Assembly: GCF_000743755.1 (NCBI RefSeq)
Contig: NW_014569460.1
Coordinates: forward strand, 1-38,292
From: Blastocystis sp. subtype 4
Taxonomy: Eukaryota
Length of the DNA stretch: 38,292 bases
Reading direction: 5' to 3'
Shown: positions 36,305 through 38,292 of the stretch, piece after piece
How the letters are laid out: the number at the start of each line of letters is the position of its first letter
Numbering within the stretch: the stretch's first letter is position 1
The notes under the pieces: generated by a model
The model's database searches: none
The model's input: only the letters and a program-made list of their open reading frames with translations
Told to the model about the DNA's origin: nothing
Made by a program: the position numbers and the translations under genes

Positions 36305-37400
36305 TCAAGAGAATCGGCATCTCAATCATTAACAAGAAAGCAAGCATACTTGAACTATGCAATTCTTTCACATCCCAGAATGCACTACTCAACTGAATTC
36401 CTTCTGAAGAGAGTGATGGAATGTCTAATTCAAAGTCAATCATCAATACTCACTATCCAATATCACTTTGCCTATATCACATAAATTGATATAAATACCT
36501 TTGAATAGCTTCAGAGAAGGAAGATCTGGTCAATAAGTGTCATATTCAGTCATACTCTTCATTATCAATTCATTTGATTCACTAGTCTTATAATAACCAT
36601 TAAGAGCCCAATCTCCAAGAGTGATAGATTGAAGTCGAGTCAGATCTCATTCATCACTCATTCAATCATTCATACTCTCAAATACTATCGAATGACAATA
36701 CTCGAATGCCTTATTATTTAACTGAATGGAGATGAGAAAAGGGAGATTGGAGAGAGTGAATGACTTCTCATTCCTTCCTACTCCTCCTTGAATCACAATC
36801 GATTCAACAGATCTAGAAATCTGTTGCATTTGATTGATTCTCCATATCCAGAATACTGATGGATGAAGAGATAACATGTGTTTAGAAGGAATCACATAAC
36901 TATTCTTAGTGATATAGTATTCAAGAGAATCAGCATCTCAATCATTATCAATCAATCAATCATACCTGAACTATGCAAGTCTTTCACATTCTTGAATGAA
37001 CGATCTCCTATTTGAATTCCCTCTAAAGTGAGAAATGGAATGCCTAAGTCAAATTCAATCAGCAATACTCACTATCCAATATCACTTTACCTATATCACA
37101 GAAATTGTAATCATCTCCTTTGAATGTAGATAGAGAAGGAAGATCTGATTAATCAATCATCATTAGTATCAGTCATACTCTTCATTATCAATTCATTTGA
37201 TTCAACAGTCATATTATAACCACAAAGAGCACCTGATTCAAGAGTAATGGATTGAAGTCGAGTCAGATCTCATTCATCACTCATTCAATCATTCATACTC
37301 TCAAATACTATCCCATGACAATCATGGAATGCATTACGATCCAATTGAATGGATATGAGAGAATGAAGATTCTTCAATTCAAATGATTCATAAAAAAAGA
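36305..37400 (-). repeat. ~620-bp tandem duplication of an LRR exon/intron module
   Basis: For example GATTGAAGTCGAGTCAGATCTCATTCATCACTCATTCAATCATTCATACTCTCAAATACTATC at ~36628 and ~37250. Confidence 0.85.
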
Positions 37401-38087
37401 ATGAACCCTCTCCAATATGGATTTCACTCAATTGATCACAATTCATTATCACACATTTGCTTCCACATCTAGTATCATAGAAATTGAAACTATTCTTTCC
37501 AATGATGATAGTCTTCAATTCATTCAATCCATCAATCACAAATCGATTCACTTTCTTGAAACAATCATTTCCAATCTCAACTCTCTCAATTCCATTCAAA
37601 CAATCAATCATTTCCATATCCATCTTCAAATCGTTTGGTTGCACCTTCATATTCACCTTTGATCCATTTTCCACTTCTTATCACTTCCTCATTCTCATTC
37701 AATTCCCTTCCCTTTCCATCTCTCAATCCATTCTTCCATTCTCCAACATACAAAGCAGAGTATCCTTTGAATTCACTTCCATATCCATCTCTCTTTCCAT
37801 TCTTCCATCCACCTACATACAATGCACTCTTTCCATCAATTCCATATTCTTTACCTTCTCCTTCTCGAACAAATCCTTTCATCATATCTCCTTCAAATCC
37901 TCCTTCATATACTCTTATTCCATTCACATCATATTCAATCATACACTCTCCTTTCCATTCTCTCAATACTCTTATCATTACTCCATTCTTGTATTCACAT
38001 TCTCTAACCAATCTTCCTCCTTCATACTCAAAACACTTACCATTCTTTCTCCATTCATCATATTCACTCACACTCAACAATTCTCTG

Positions 38088-38232
38088 TTCACATTCATTT
38101 CTTTGAAGAATCCTTTCATTCCTTCCATTTCAGGATGAATCACAAATCCATTCACAATTCTCCATTCACATTCATTTCTTTGAAGAATCCTTCCATTCCT
38201 TCCATTTCAGGATGAATCACAAATCCATTCAC
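38088..38232. repeat. Near-identical tandem duplication, period 77 nt
   Basis: TTCACATTCATTTCTTTGAAGAATCC...CACAAATCCATTCAC starting at 38088 and at 38165. Confidence 0.9.
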
Positions 38233-38292
38233 CATATCTCCAAACCATACTCCTTCATACACCTTCTTTCCATTATCATCAAACAATCTCAT

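Larger units (their letters stand above)
36250..38292 (-). pseudogene. MORN-repeat plus BspA-like LRR gene with two frameshifts; continues beyond the window; ends CCLIY*
   Basis: MORN-like YVGGWKNGKRDGYGSEF; LRR IERVEIGNDCF / LKTIIIGKNSF; phase-1 introns between modules. Frame breaks at ~37604 and at the 77-nt duplication. Confidence 0.7.

Overview
Compact, intron-rich eukaryotic DNA. It is most likely Blastocystis (anaerobic gut stramenopile), inferred from ~28-35 nt GT-AG introns, very short intergenic spacers and the TGTTTGTT 3'-processing motif behind genes whose stop codon is completed by polyadenylation. I manually spliced about 17 loci: a divergent actin, a secreted Cys-repeat/collagen protein, a small membrane protein, a bHLH-PAS factor, an acidic-repeat coiled-coil protein, HSP20, an SLC35F-like transporter, FRA10AC1, a Bacteroides-like Fe-S L-serine dehydratase, organellar release factor 1, BLTP2/KIAA0100-like, URB1, a SENP/Ulp protease, an MDH-family dehydrogenase, a hypothetical protein, V-ATPase subunit d and a frameshifted MORN/LRR gene. 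Highlights: (1) the MDH-family enzyme carries the Arg->Leu and Trp substitutions of trichomonad LDH; (2) a probable U12-type AT-AA intron in RF1; (3) poly(A)-made stops, with back-to-back processing motifs between convergent genes; (4) the collagen/6-Cys surface protein; (5) the bHLH-PAS factor. Gene models, family calls and reference sequences are by eye and from memory; no searches were run.
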